A stretch of 64,000 nucleotides of DNA. Origin: Bugula neritina (Eukaryota > Animalia > Bryozoa). The notes under the pieces were generated by a model. It worked only from the letters and a program-made list of their open reading frames with translations, was not told the origin of the DNA and made no database searches. Positions 13,284 through 27,690 of this stretch are shown one piece after another. Location: assembly GCA_964035545.1 (NCBI GenBank), contig OZ037765.1, positions 17,732,995 to 17,796,994 on the forward strand. Direction: 5' to 3'. A program made the position numbers and the translations under genes. Position 1 is the first letter of the stretch. The number at the start of each line of letters is the position of its first letter.

Positions 13284-16200
13284 ATGGCCTTCTTTGGGTA
13301 TGGAATTTGGCCATTGTTGGCAGTTGCTGGTCTTCTGTTACTAATGAGTTTGATGTTCTGTCTTTATTTGTACCGGCTGAGAAGACTGGGAGAAAGTGAG
13401 GCTGGCTTTAAACTGGTAAATACATTCTATATTTTAAAATTGTTTTATACCTCTAGAGTCTAGAGTCTTATTTTTTAGATGGGTTTTAGCAGTAGATGTT
13501 CCGGATCTTTACGTAACTTCAGGCAATAACAAGTGCTTTAAGCTCCTAATCGTAGGTAATTATGCATAATCTGATTAGCATTAGTTTTCACTGAGCCGCT
13601 CATGCAAGGCGGTTAATATATACCCAGCCAGTGCCAGAGTACTGGGGAAATCCCAGCTAAAGAGGCAGGCATGACAGGTGGCAACGTATTACCTCTGCAT
13701 GACACTAGTTTATAGCATAAGTGCTAAAAAAGTTACAGGTATGTTATGATTATTTGCCAAAATTAGGCTTTACAAAAAAACATCGCTTTTGCTATATTTA
13801 TGCTCATAAAATGTAGTATACATGCATTTTACATTTTATTTTCCTTCGGGACGTTAAGTAGAGTAGTTTTATAACTTTTGGGGTGCAGAATTCTATTTTG
13901 TCACTCCCTTGACCCTTAATCCTATCTAAAGTAGGCATTATACACAGTTTAAAAAAGTATAGCTTAATTTGAATTTGATTCTGGAGGTGTTTGGTTGATT
14001 ACAATTTCAGTCTTTTTGGTCATGTAAACTAAGCTTTGCTGGTGCTATTTAACAAAAACTATTTTGAAGTATTATTATCCCTAGTTTTGAAACACTTTGT
14101 GGAGTGTCTTTTGAAGTAACAATGCATGTACTTCAGACTGTAGAGCCTTGTAGTCACTACTGACTACACCCAAAGTCACATTTTCCAAATGCTCAAGGAT
14201 TGATATACATTAGCTGGAAAGCTCTTGCTTTCTGCTCAATTTCCATTTACTGTCAGTCAAGATAACTTAGTCCTCAAGAGTACATTTTATTGTCTTTTTG
14301 TGTCTATAATATGTCATGAGATTTCCAGTACAGTTCAATTTGTATTTATCATGAATATGACCTGAGTTCTTCGCTGATCGATTTTTGAAATTCTAATTGT
14401 ATTTGTTAGAAATTTTATCTTTTTTTCATGGTAAAATTTGGTGTTGGTAGCTATATCTTGGGTGGCTTCTTCAATCTGCTTTCTTGTAAAGGTAAAGATT
14501 TTACCCTTACTAGTGCAAAATTGCTCTGTGAAGAAAATATCTTAGTTATGTGATTAATTTTGATAGCTGTAGGTTTTGCATATTTCTGCAATTAGTTTTA
14601 GCTTTGTCTATCGTTTTCATATTATTTCAAGTGCATTTATTATTCTTGTCTTCAGGCGTTTCCTCAACGTAGATGCTACGTGATGAATAGCATCTCTCAC
14701 AGTGACATGCTCAGCTACTCAAATTAGTATACACTTGTTATAGGATGTAATGCTCTGTTTAGGTTGTCTATTTAGATTCTAGTCTTTTCTTCAGTTGTTT
14801 ACTCATTACTGCTACCAGTGCTGAGTCACCTGAATGTAATTGTCTGTTACTAATCATTTACAGAGCATTGATAGTTTAGATTTTAGATTGTTAATTTACT
14901 CTTATCTTTTGATAAACTTTTATTTCTTTTGTTCCTTGTTGGCCATGCCTCTTATTACTAAGTGACTACGTGGCTAAGCCTCTTTTTGTGACTCTTCAAG
15001 AGTGGTGGTATTTTCATTACACTCCTTTCACTTAGCTAATTAGTACAGACTTGTATTTTTGTGACTATAAAATGATTCTAAAACTGACATAAAGCATTTT
15101 GAGTAGGGCTACATATAGTTAGTAGTGCAGCTAGTAATTCTTTAAGAGTTGGTAACCCACCATAAGGTTATATGTGGCAGTAGATGTTGTGTGTTCAAGT
15201 TGTAGCATAGATAAAGTCAGCCAAGCAGTAATTTAGCTGTACAAAGTTTCAAATCTGATTTTCCCTCAGCAGATATAATACTATCTGTTACACAATACAA
15301 TAGTGCTTTGAAGTTGCTAGTAGGCTACAATAGGCTGCAGTGGTCTTTTGTAGTTGTATAGCTTTCTTTTGACTTGATGTGTGAACTTGCTGATCTAGAA
15401 TATTGTATTCCATTTTAATGTGTAAGCTCCCTTTCTACTTAGTATGATATCTACATGCCTTCCTAGTAATGTACTTGCTTGTTTGAATGATAAATTTGAA
15501 GGCACTAGATTCAAAAAATACCCAAAGCTATTGGATGTATGTACTATTCAGTGCGGTTTTGTATGTTTTGGGGTAATTTTATATCTTTGTAGCCTACTGT
15601 TCATGGCTCAGAGGTCTTAGCAGTCACTTGTAGTCACGTGATACTAAATGCAAATATGCTACAAGTAGCACTTTCTAAATAATGAAACCTAGTTCAGTTT
15701 TTATTTTGATATGTTGTTATTACAAGTTTTGGCTTATGATTTATTGTGATTGAGATTTAAAGGTCATATATCCTCGTCTAGAAACCTGCCACCGGATCAG
15801 GACATGGTGGTGAAAGGTGAGAAAGAAATATCCTCTTCTAGATTGTAGGATATATAATTTTATTGGCAGCTAATCTTTCAGTCTTACTTGATTTCTGTGA
15901 TCTAAAGAGCATTTAAATGGATATTTGTGCATTAAAATTTTAGAATTGCTTTTCTGTTTGAAATATGGTTACTGTAGAAATAAGTACAGTTAAAATTTGA
16001 GATTTGAGTGAATTTTTAGGGCTCTAACAATTTGCATTGATTTTCTATTAGGCAAAATATGGAATCACAAGTTAGACTTGGCAATTTATATACTATAGAG
16101 GTACTAACCTTTCTATAGGTGGTATATGTTTATAATCCGTTACATAAACATAAACAATTGACATTAGATGATAATATAGCTAATATAATAGGGTTCTATA

Positions 16201-16954
16201 AACTATAAACATACTTAACTGAAGATCTTTTACTGAAGTTTGACTGCTCAAAGATATGCAATTCCAATATATGTTTGAAGATCGGACTTGTGTTTTAAGC
16301 ACCCCTAGTATTTTTGCACAGGTGTTTTTACAAAATGATTTTAACATTTTTGCACTTATGAATAGCACTTAAAACTCCGGCCACTCTATTTCAAATTATT
16401 CATAATTTGCCTTTTGTATCAAACACACAAAGCATGACTTTATATTTCATATCTTTACAAAATTAAACAATAATTAGCATGAATGACTGAAAGGCATTGT
16501 GTATATCTAAACAATGCTACCTTGTACTCTTCATACACAATTTAGCCTGTGTTCTAGTCTAGTGGTTTGGGTGTATGGTGGTCAACAGTGAGCCTACTGT
16601 AAAACTTAAAATAATTTGTCTGGATTTGTTGTTTTACTGTTATTAAACTTGATGAGCCATTACATATCTTTCTGTATAAGGTAACAAGGAAGTTTCACAC
16701 ACTTAATACCTCTGAGATAATATCCAAATGTATTGTAGACCCGCTATGGGGCCATTGCAGTATTTTCAACTCAAGCCCTCTGCCCAATATGTCTTGAAGA
16801 TTACAGGCTAGGAGAAAAAATTGCCAAAAGTCACTGTGGGCATTCATTTCACGTTCAGTGCTTGCAGCCCTGGCTTAGGCAGCATGACACATGCCCAATG
16901 TGCAAGAAGAATCTGAAGCCGGCAGCAAGACCTCCTATCCCCGTGAATGTTTAA
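13284..16954 (+). CDS. Small transmembrane RING-H2 E3 ligase (RNF24/RNF122-like), 115 aa; coding exons 13284-13415 and 16739-16954; candidate 5' UTR exon 12936-13019
   Basis: MAFFGYGIWPLLAVAGLLLLMSLMFCLYLYRLRRLGESEAGFKL-TRYGAIAVFSTQALCPICLEDYRLGEKIAKSHCGHSFHVQCLQPWLRQHDTCPMCKKNLKPAARPPIPVNV*; N-terminal TM helix then C-x2-C-x14-C-x-H-x2-H-x2-C-x10-C-x2-C; phase-0 intron. Confidence 0.9.
15785..15825 (+). mobile_element. Extreme 3'-end remnant of an RTE-like LINE
   Basis: cctgccaccggatcaggacatggtggtgaaaggtgagaaa aligns with the 3' end of the LINE at 2340-2400 (caggaca core, aggtgagaa tail). Confidence 0.6.
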
Positions 16955-19900
16955 CTTGTGAGTAGCTTGACAGCATACTGTGATATAGAATTATTTACCA
17001 ACTCTGAAAAAAGTTCAGACCAGAGTACAAGTTGTTGAAGGATTATACTTGTGTTTCAAACCTCCCCTCCCAAATAATCAAAGCTGTACAAGTGCAGCCA
17101 AGCTGGAGTTTTACTCACCTAAAATAAAAAACTCTAGTATCTATTACAAACAGCCATGTTTATGTGATCAATGTTCTAAAGTTTATTCAAGTATGAAACT
17201 GGGTAAAAGTCTATTGAAAGTGGTGGTATACGGCTATGGAGCAGGAGCATTTGTGTTGTATTCCTTGCTTGTTATTCTTGTTCTATTGGATTTATCATAC
17301 ACAGAACACACCCCAACTTCACGCTATGTATAATGTTTGGGAATGTAGAAACAAAAGAGGGTGACTCAATTTTCAATTATTCCATAGTCTGCCTGCTGTT
17401 TCCTACTGCTTGCATAATCAACCATGACATTCCGTGATACTTAAAATAACCAACATCATAGCAAATCTGTCATCAATTGCATTCAGCTATCATATTTCAA
17501 GGATAGGGGTGCACGCAGTCATGTCTGCAGTATTTTAGAGTTACAGGAAAGCACCATTGCATTGATGATTTCGTTCTCTTTCAGGAATAATTCTTGCTTT
17601 GAAGAATCAAACCAAAAAGAGGATGGCTGTTCTCCAATTATTCCAGTATCTGTGAGCTGTGTGATTACGTCAAAGTCCAAACCTTCTTACTCTATTATTT
17701 CCCCATTAATTAAGCTTTATATGTTATATTTTGTACTTTTATATTAAATATATTTATTTTTTTTACAAGTTCCAAGTCAACAGCTTATTGCATATACATA
17801 ATGTTATAAGCTGCATTTTTTACCTAAAATGTCTCATGTATAATGAATCAACATTTTTATATATTTTATATTGCCTACGTGATATGATTGAACAAGCTAG
17901 TTTCCTGACACTTACACTTATTCAGTAATGTACATGAATATATTATTTTAATGTTATTCTGCTACATCACATTATACGCCTGCGAAATGAATTATTTTTT
18001 AGGAATAATTATTAAAAGTTGCTGCACAAAAGTGCATTAGTTCTATTATTAGGTGCTGATAGTTTTTACCACTCATTGTTATGCATGAAATAGGAGACTG
18101 TGTGAGTTTGTTGTTAATAAAGCTTTTTCAACATTCACAAAAATACTAGCTTCACGTGAAATTTCACAAAGTTCATACCCTTGTAGTGTTTTCTCACACC
18201 ACTATCTGTAGTATGTTTTGACCTTTATGCTCACTAGCCATTTTCAGTCTTTAAACAAAGCTGTGGTTTAATCAACACTTTCTCACAAAAAATCCAGGAT
18301 GCAATGGTCTAGCATTGTTCATGAAATATAGCATTGTTCTGATAAGTCTTATGGATGAATGGAAGCTTAGAACAACTAATATAATATACAAACTGTAACA
18401 GAAGCCGTGCTAAAAGACAAGGAAGGATCAAGCTATAATACCAGCCATACACTCAGCATGTTAATAGTACAAGTGTTGTTGCAATAGGGGTAACTCCACC
18501 TATATTAGTCTACCAACATGCAGCTGGCACATCTAATCTGCTGCCACTATTAGTCATAATTCAACACAATTAATGTCACCTTCAGCAGAGACAAATTGGA
18601 TTGAATAACCTTCATGAAATGGCAGATGATGCAATCTAAGCCATTCCATTGGAATAACACTTATTGTTTTAATTATCTGGCTAGTTGTGCAATTGTTTAT
18701 AGACTGTAAAAAACTATTTTAAAACCATCATGCTAGGAGTGTAGTCTTAGAGCACCGTACAGTACAACTCTTCTCCTTAAGTTTTAAAACAGCTTTTTGT
18801 TAAAGTTTCAAGTATTTATCAAGTTTTCCTTCTCTTTGATTTTAACTATAAATTGCAACTTGAAAGAAAAAGACTGCTTAGTGAGGTGTGAACACAATGA
18901 ACTCAATAATAATATTATTCTTTTCCAGTTCAGTGTATGAACACATCGAATATACACTTTTTATTGGTACACATACAAGCTCTTCCATTTGCAAAATTGA
19001 GGAAACAACTCCAAAATATTCAACAATAAGGATATCTACTTATTTATAGCTGTGTCTAAAATAAATCCTATATTTTGTAAAGCTAGAAAGAAATTTGCTA
19101 ATGAGCATGAGTATGAGCCAAGTCAGAAATATATGTTTTATATAAACATCTTAGTCTGGCTATCAGGGTACACTGGTTTTTAAAAGTATGCTTGCTAATT
19201 CAGGTGTTTTTCAACTGCACTATTTGCTAATTCAAAGGCTGGTAAGTTTTCTATGTTGGCATTTCTGACCAATTGAGTGGCATGCTTCACAAATAACAGC
19301 TCAAAAATGTATATTTAGAACTCAACACCTAAACCAGTGTAGCTTGCAGTGTAGCTTGCAAGAGTTAGATTTTATGTCTTCCAGTTATACAGCAAAATGC
19401 AATTTAAGAATTTACCTTGAAAATTCAATGCAGATTTTGATTCTTGAAAAGCTTATGTTAGATAGAAACTAAATTACCGCTAGGTTGAAGCAGCTAAAAA
19501 TTTAGCAGTTTTTACTCCGTGGATTATTTACAAGATCCAGGCAAATAATGCCTGTAATCAAATATATATATAATTCTGCATTTTAAATATTTTTACAGGT
19601 AATGCATTAATGGAGTCAAAAATGCCAAATTTATTCCATTCAATTTCAGCAACGCAATGGTGTATTAACATTTATATAGCATACAAAAAATTAACTTCAG
19701 CAAGGCCAAAAAAAGCTATGTGACTCTTTTAAACACATCACACTTCGTTTGTATATTACATACTGAGCAGTAGTATAAAATTATTGTCGTATGACATATA
19801 TTTCAATTATGTTTAAAACTGCAAACCAAAGATTATTATATCTGTGTTTAGAGCAAGCAGGTAGTCACCTATTTTTGTAGTTCAGCCTAATTTGACAAGA

Positions 19901-20859
19901 CATTAAAACGTTATTGGGTAACATTGAGGCAACACAGCTAACAAACAGCTGTTAGCTGTGTTTCTCTAAAGCTTTGTCTCTGATTTCTTGCAGCCATCAA
20001 GCTAGCATTTCATTATAGGGACATTAATACTACCAACAAGTATTTTTATACAGCCACAGATTAGAACTTTTATAATGGACCTAAAAGACTACTAGCCTAG
20101 TGTCCTTTTAGATATGTGTAGGAACCTTTATTATAAAGTTCAATAGGAGCTCCCTATATCTTTCCTACCGAGTAGGTTTTTCCATTCATGTGTATTATAT
20201 TATTGCATCCACTCATCCCTCCTATTAAACAATGCTGATAACAAACTCTAATATTTTTTAAGATGAATTAAAATGAAACATCAAAAAGTATTGTCAAGCA
20301 AAGGAGTCCTGTTCTTAAAAAAATTATTCACATAAAAATTGCACATGGTTTAAGATGCCATGGTTTCAAATTTGGGCTATGAATTGTGTGTGTAAATTAG
20401 TTCACTTACTTTAACTTTCTAGAAAGCCAGGTGTCTTTTGCACCACATTATAATTGTTAGACATCTACAATATGAGGATCTGCACTGCTGTAGTATGTAA
20501 TTACCTCTGAGGCAGGTGCAACTAAGAGAAAATATTCTTAGCTAGAGAATCTGCCGTGAGATTTTTTGCTATTGCAGTTTATGTGAAAAATTATTGCTGG
20601 TGCAATGTTGTTTCTGGCATAAAAAGAAACTTATTAGTGCATAATTGGTATATAAGCTTAGAAAAGCACCATTTCTATCCACCAGTTTAGTGTATCTATT
20701 TTCAACAGCTCACAATGCTGCTTTTAATCATTGCATATTTATGAGAATTACTACAAATTAATTAGCTCGTTGTCCAGCAGCTGGTATTTGAATGTGCTTA
20801 TTGAAAAATATTCGCATCTAATAAACTTTAAAATAAGCTCGTCTGCATAGCTGGTAGAG

Positions 20860-21324
20860 TGGTTACCCATCGTTGTCTAATCTTAGATGTAATTGTACGC
20901 CCACGTATTTGTATAAGTTGCTAAACTTATGCCGGTTTTGCAGCAAAGGCAGTCATTTAATAACGTCGAGTGACTGCTTGCAGCTGTCCCTTCATTTACT
21001 AGCTGTTCACTCAACCGTTTAGTTGTACAACACTCTTCTAGCTGAAGTGACTGCTCTTTGCGCAAATGTTGTAACTAAACAAATTTGAGCTGAGAGATAA
21101 ATGATAAGGGAGAAGCACTATACCGGACGCTCGGTTGAGTCACCTTGCCTGTAGTGATTGCTAGTCAACGCGACTAGTCCAGCTAATTAACCTAATTTGA
21201 TATTTACATTTCCATTTCTATTACACGAAGGACTGTGAGGATATTTATTTCACACAGCATCTCATTCACCTGCGTTGTGAGTTTAATTACAATATCTGCG
21301 AAACTTTTAACAAGCACTATCGTC
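20860..21324 (+). promoter_or_regulatory. CpG-enriched promoter/5' UTR of the orphan membrane protein gene
   Basis: Local CpG enrichment immediately upstream of ATG 21325. Confidence 0.45.
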
Positions 21325-24300
21325 ATGACTGGCAATAAGAATAGCTACAGATACTTTCTTCAATGTATTATTCTGTTGGGTAAGTTTTCTTCTTTTTAAT
21401 CTTTATGTATTTTCTTGTTGTGTAACAACATGCTATCACATATTGAGTTATTGTGGACAGACCTCTACTTTAATTTTAAAGTATTACTATTAGTATTAGT
21501 TATATCATCACCTGCCACCGCTCAGGACATGGCAGGGAAAGGTAAGAAAAATTAGTAATATCATAACATAGAAGTATTTTGATTGGGGTCACAGGCTTCT
21601 ATAGCTTTACAAAAAGAGGCAAATTCAGCATGGAGGTATTTCTAACAGCCTCGGTATAAGCAGATATAACACAAAAAACAACTTTCTCTTTTAAAAACTA
21701 CAAATTGCAACCAAAGATGTATAGTCAATGTCTAGATCCAATAATATTTAATTTTTGTAGTTATACTGCAATTGAATAATGAAAAATACCTTAGGATGAA
21801 TAGGCATAAGCAGGTGGCTAGAGTATAAACGTGTAATCACGACTATCGGCCAAAGCAGCCTGATAAGTTTACAGCATGCTTGCAAGGGCAAGTTATTACT
21901 AAGAAATCATTTTGTGCACTTAGAACCTGGGTTCTTCATTTGTGCTAAGCAAAGAATTGTTCTTGGCTTGCAAAAAGTCTCTCTCAAAATAAATTTGGCT
22001 TTATTTTTAATGCATTCTTAGCAGAATGAAACAAGGGTTGTACAAACGAGAAGATGAAATTTTGGTATAGTTTCAGGACTTGTATATGGAATAAAACATT
22101 TCTGAAAACATAAAAAGCTACAAAAGTTTAGCTATAACCACAGAGTTTTTCAAATAATGGTTGTTAGATTTTAGAATATTATTAGGTATAGAAATACTAT
22201 TATTGTCGCTTAATACTTGGCTTATTATTCACTGTACTGCTTTACTATAGCAGATTCTAGCTAGTTTCAGATCCCAGCTTAGTACTGTCAACAAACTACA
22301 TGCATTGATTGTAAAGTGCAAAAATGCTTGTTTTGTGAGATTCCGATTTCCAAGTATTGAAAAGAGCTGAGTTTGAGACACATCTTCCCGTACTACTAGA
22401 ACTCAGACTACCACATGCAAATTTTGTTATAAGATTACTGCTAGACTAGAGTAACTCTTAGTACTTGGCTACATTCCTCTTATCATATCCTCTCCTAGAG
22501 TATATGTGCCTAGAAATTAGGTTTTCACAACTACTGCTATTGGTATTACTTAATTATACCGCATATAATTTTCTGTATCAACCTTATGATTATTGGCATT
22601 AATGACTTATCATCAGATAACTCTTGAGATTGCCTGCTGCTGTTGGGAATACAGAGACACTTTCTTAAGTTGATTGTAAACAGACACTTTTTGCAACTTT
22701 TAGTTACTTTTTTTTCAAATTTATGCTACTCTATGTAAACATTCTTAGGGTACCATTGTCTTTTGCGTCTTAAAAAGCTCACAAAGGTGGGGTGTAGATA
22801 GACTCTGCAGGTATAAAAATTCATTTAGGTAGAATGCATTTGATCAGGTGTATTTATGACACTACTGAATGATCTTAACTTGACTAAGCCAAATCAACAC
22901 AATGATATATATTATATTGAGAAGTTCCCCATTACCCTAAGCATACAAATATGCTGTATTACTATATTACTAATTTTCTTTATTATATTCCTATTTTAAA
23001 CTCTATGTTATGCTAACAACGTATGTGAAAAAAGCATTTCCTTGGTGAAAGGTTTCAGTAGATGTAAGATTACCAGAGCTTTATTTCAGATTGGTACTAA
23101 TAGTGCTTGAATCTACTTGTTTGATTCAGCTTGGTGCTGAGATATAAACACATTCTCAACAATCGTATTACATAGCATTCCAAATTTGGTAAACAAATCA
23201 ATGAACCACATCATCCTGCCAAGAGTTGTTGCTGGTATGCCTAAATGAGTTAGTAGCAGTTAGCAAGTATTTCATGTAAAATACCAAACAAGTATCGGCA
23301 GTTTCCAGGGGTAGCAGTCCAGTAAATAGTTTTTTCTAACACAAGATAGTAGATCTGAAAGCAGTTTTTCGTGGAAATTGTTAAAAGTGGGTTATACTTG
23401 GTTTTCTAATAAAATATCACGTTGACCAGAGTATGTATAGCAGAAAAACACTATATATTTTATATACATAGAATGAGCAGAAAATTGAAGCCGATTAATT
23501 GATTTCTGCAGTGTTAAGCAGATAAGGCTTGCATGCCATAGTTTTAGAGTGGCCTTGTCAAATGTCTATAGGCTATAATGGCAAACCTTATTTCTACGTT
23601 ATCTATATTGTAGGTATCTGTTTTCAAGTGGATGCTCTAGTGAATGTTACTATTTACAATACTGACTCCAGCAGTGTAAGTATAAGTTAAGGCTGAAAGT
23701 TGCTAGTCCTGTGAATTGTTATCTTAGAGTAGCAAAAACTCATTTATATTTGAATTTTTAATTTCTTTTGACTCAAAAGACATATTTTTTTTACAAAAAT
23801 ACAATCCAATACAGTTTTCAGTTGAAATTACACAAATTTGTATTGGTTCAGCTTCAGTGAAAGTGAAAATATTACAGCTGAATAATTTTAAAATCTACAC
23901 TGCCATCTAGCCAGAGTATACTTGAAGTTGTGCACCCATTCAGAAACCTGATGGGTAGTAACTGGCATGAAGCAGAGTGCTCTGGGGAGAGGATGATATA
24001 GTTGTTGTAACTACAGTACTTGTAGAGACAGAGAGTATGATTATTTGAAAGTGCATGTATATAAAGAATAATATTATCTGTTTATACATGAAATAAAACA
24101 AAACTACAGTAAACTGAATGGTGGTAATAGTGATATAATATTATGCTGTAGATAGCACTTGGAATTCAAACTTACAACCAATGAACCTAAAATATCTTTT
24201 CCGGTTCAATGCTTACAACTATAAAGAGCAACTATCGCATTGCCTAATCTTTTTGTGTAATGAGCACAACTTTGTCAGTTTATTCTAAGCTTCCCTATTT

Positions 24301-27300
24301 CTTTTATGCCATTATCTATGAGACAATGCCCACTCTTCTGTTTGGTGTATGAGTTACTAGCAAGACATGTGTTAATTATGTTTGTTTATCTTGAAGACCA
24401 GGTCTAGTATGTGATGGTTTTAGGAAAAGTTATCTGCTGCAAATAACTAAGACACTAAGTAAAATAGAAACTGATATCTATACGTGCAAGTAGTTGCAAG
24501 CAGAAGCATGAACCCAGCAAATTTTCTTAGCCCAGGCTTTGATTAGCAAATCAATCATGCAGCTACCAGCAATTAGCTATTCAATCAAGCAATCTGCTCT
24601 TGTTGACATTTCTGAGTTATAAATGCAGCTGTGCTATGTCCAGTATGTATGTGTCTTCAGTATTACAGTTTGTATGTACTACATCCTAGTGATCTTCCAA
24701 CACTTTTTGTTGATTTTTCAAAATTTACTACCCACTGTTGGGACATTACATGAGCTTGGAAAGCTTTTGTTACAGCTTTTATTGTATTCTCATAGCTATG
24801 TTGGCTACATTATGCTTTTCTCTGTTGTGATTGGTTGATATAAATAAAAGGACTTTGGCTACCACAAAATAACTATATCTTTTTAGACTATTATAAACCC
24901 AACACTTTCTGTTATTCAATATCTTTTCTCTTTTCATTCAGTCTGCAATAATAAACACACTTTTATATTAAAAACACTACACCCACCAAAAAACTTCTGT
25001 TGATAATTTCATGTATGTTGCTATGACAATTTCTGTAGCCGATGTATATTTAAGTAAAGTGATACTACTATGATATACTTTCCAAGAAAAATGATTCCAA
25101 TATTAGTTACACAATACTGTACTAGAAAATACGAATTAACATTTCTATATTTATATGTGAAATGTATGTAAAATCAATGAAGCTGTTATGAACAGTGTTG
25201 TGCAACTATATTTGTACCAGAATGTTTTTCCACTGTAGGGTAGTGATTGTTATAATTTGGATTGCCCTCTGAAAAAGGTTAAGAGCCACTCTACTGAATA
25301 AAAACATAAAGTGTCTTTGCCATCTTGCTATATGGAAGAACCCGTGTTTTGATCAGTTATTCTTCATATCTTACATGGTTTTTTATAGATCTAAATATTA
25401 CATTATGACTATACAACCACTAAGCAATTGAGTCTTTTGTTATAGCTCACATCGGAGTTTAAAGAACAATTTAAAGAGGCCATTACTGTGGAGGCTGAAA
25501 GGTACTGTGCTGAGAAAGACACCAAATGTCCAGCATTATTTCAAAAGTAAGCACTACACTTTGTTATAGAATGACATGTTTGCTATGCAGGTGGCAGTGA
25601 GTTTGAGTAGTGTTTAGTTTTTAGTGTTGAATTATTCTTAAAAATACATTTTTGAGAAACTTCTTATATATTTTTGACATGTTTCATACTTTAAAACTGT
25701 TTAAAATAGTTTGTAAAATAAGACCTGTCCAGATATAGAGCATTCTATAATATAATTATAAATTAAGTAATATGGTAAGGCAAATCTCCGTCTAGATATA
25801 GTAGAGAGAGTTATATATACACAAGAAAGTACATAGCCAATAAGGCGTTGAGAATATGCAGTAAGCCTAGGGCCACACTGTGCGTATTTTCGCATGTGAA
25901 AATTGAAATCACAAGTAGCAAAGGTGTCCACTGTACTCGTTGAGAAAACATTCGCACTTGTCGCTCAGCATTCTCAACGCGAGTGCGAATCGTCTCTGTC
26001 ATGGTCACCTAATTGGCTGGTAGTTATTCAGCGAGCCCAATTTCTTTATTTTAGTGCTATATTCCAATAAATTGCGTTTTATTGAAAGCGAGTGCGACTT
26101 AAAAATGAAAGCTTTATTTATCACGCATCACTGACGCTACAGTGGACACCTTTGCTACTTGTGGTTTCAATTTTCGCATGCGAAAATACGCACAGTGTGG
26201 CCCTAGGCTTAAGGAGTGAAAATGTGACAATATATACATACCCTGAAGGAAGTGCGCTTGAACTCTTTCTCAATAGTTCTTGGAAACTCCAGCTCTAATC
26301 AAATATGTATAAGTAATTAGATAAAAAAGGAATTGCTACACTTTTCCAGAACATACTATTTTTTAATATAATAGAATGATTATTGCAGAAGTTAGCACAT
26401 TGTGGATGATTACATTGAAGTTGAAGATTGACATATTTAGTCTGAGCAATTTATTTGCATGTTGCAGGCTATAATATTGTTATCCTTGTGATTGCATAAA
26501 TTGTATTATTATAATTTGTTTAACATAATTTATTTTAATATATATACTAAATTTTAATTTACCGAGGTCAAATTTATTTAAAGGTTTTCTGCAGCAGTGT
26601 AGTGTTGTATATATTAGATTATATAATATACCATATAAATAATTACATAAAACTCATTGTACTTTAATGATGACAGAAATAGTAAATAATTCTTTTCAAT
26701 AAATCAAATTCAATAGAAATGCTTAACCAAGCACGACTGTTTGCTGAGATTCTTAGTATATTGTTTATGTTTTCAGTGCCAACCTCTCTACCAGCATTGA
26801 TGATGTACAAAATGATAAACCCAACGTCAACCTTACAATCTCAATTCATACAGCAGATGACAGCAAGTCTAGTCTGCCAGATCGTCATGTGGTTGGTATG
26901 TGTATGGGTTCTGGCTAATAGCACTACGTATATTTTATATAAAGTTCTGTGAAGTAAGTTAGTAGAGATTCATACATACAAGTAAGTAGTGGAATTTACC
27001 TGCTGAGCTTCTAAGAACTTTTAGTCTGTCTGTTATTCTACTGCCTGCAGGTAAAATCACTTGTATTTTATTCACCTCTTATTTTGTGTAGAGCCTGATT
27101 TTTAGACAGAAATGCAACTGCCTTAATAACTGGACAAATAACTTCTATTAATGAAAGCAGTTTTTTCTAGCATTTAGTGGTAAAAATTCTTCAAAGCCCA
27201 ATTACTAGTTGAACAGATTTATAGCTATACATTAAAAGTTATGCTAATAATATTTTTAGCTCTTATTTTATTTTATTATGGAGCTTTGGCACAGACTTAT

Positions 27301-27690
27301 ATCAGCATAGGAGCTAGCAAATATCATTGTATACCTGCTTAGTTTAGGTCCTAATTGATCTAATAACATATCTTAAATTTTTTGTGAAGTTCTGTTCTAA
27401 CTCTTTATTGATCTCTATTTGAAACTCTTGCAGATATCATTATTGAGTCTCGTGAAACCATTCAGGAGAGTCTAGATGGCAAAGAAATTCTGTCCTGCAA
27501 CTATTCATTCTTTGGTATCAAGCCAGCTGGTGCTGTCAACTGGGCCCTAATCTCCGTCTTCGCAGTATTCACCATTGTATTACTGGCAGTTGTCGTCTAT
27601 CTTAGTAAACATAAAGTGAATCCTGCAGATGAGCATTATGAAACTATACGGGCCAAGGACTCTTCCATGGACGGAGAAATTGCTACATAA
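21325..27690 (+). CDS. Uncharacterised single-pass type I membrane protein, 210 aa; exons 21325-21379, 23614-23675, 25239-25277, 25446-25546, 26777-26895, 27434-27690
   Basis: Six GT-AG exons join in one open frame (633 nt): signal-peptide-like MTGNKNSYRYFLQCIILLGICFQVDA, Cys-containing ectodomain with N-glycosylation sequons, TM WALISVFAVFTIVLLAVVVYL, tail SKHKVNPADEHYETIRAKDSSMDGEIAT*. Confidence 0.85.
21509..21550 (+). mobile_element. Second extreme 3'-end remnant of an RTE-like LINE
   Basis: cacctgccaccgctcaggacatggcagggaaaggtaagaaa, similar to 15785-15825 and the LINE tail. Confidence 0.6.
25865..26208. mobile_element. MITE family A copy 1 (~344 bp, ~70-bp TIRs, PIF/Harbinger-like TWA flanks)
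   Basis: gcctagggccacactgtgcgtattttcgcatg...catgcgaaaatacgcacagtgtggccctaggc; flanks taa/tta; highly similar copy at 55139-55481. Confidence 0.93.

Noticed and set aside
17049-17928. Short ORFs downstream of the RING gene
   Set aside because: Probably in the 3' UTR; no recognisable motifs or splice-linked frame
25701-26298. ORFs overlapping MITE A (also 55111-55598)
   Set aside because: Non-coding MITE sequence; no transposase motifs
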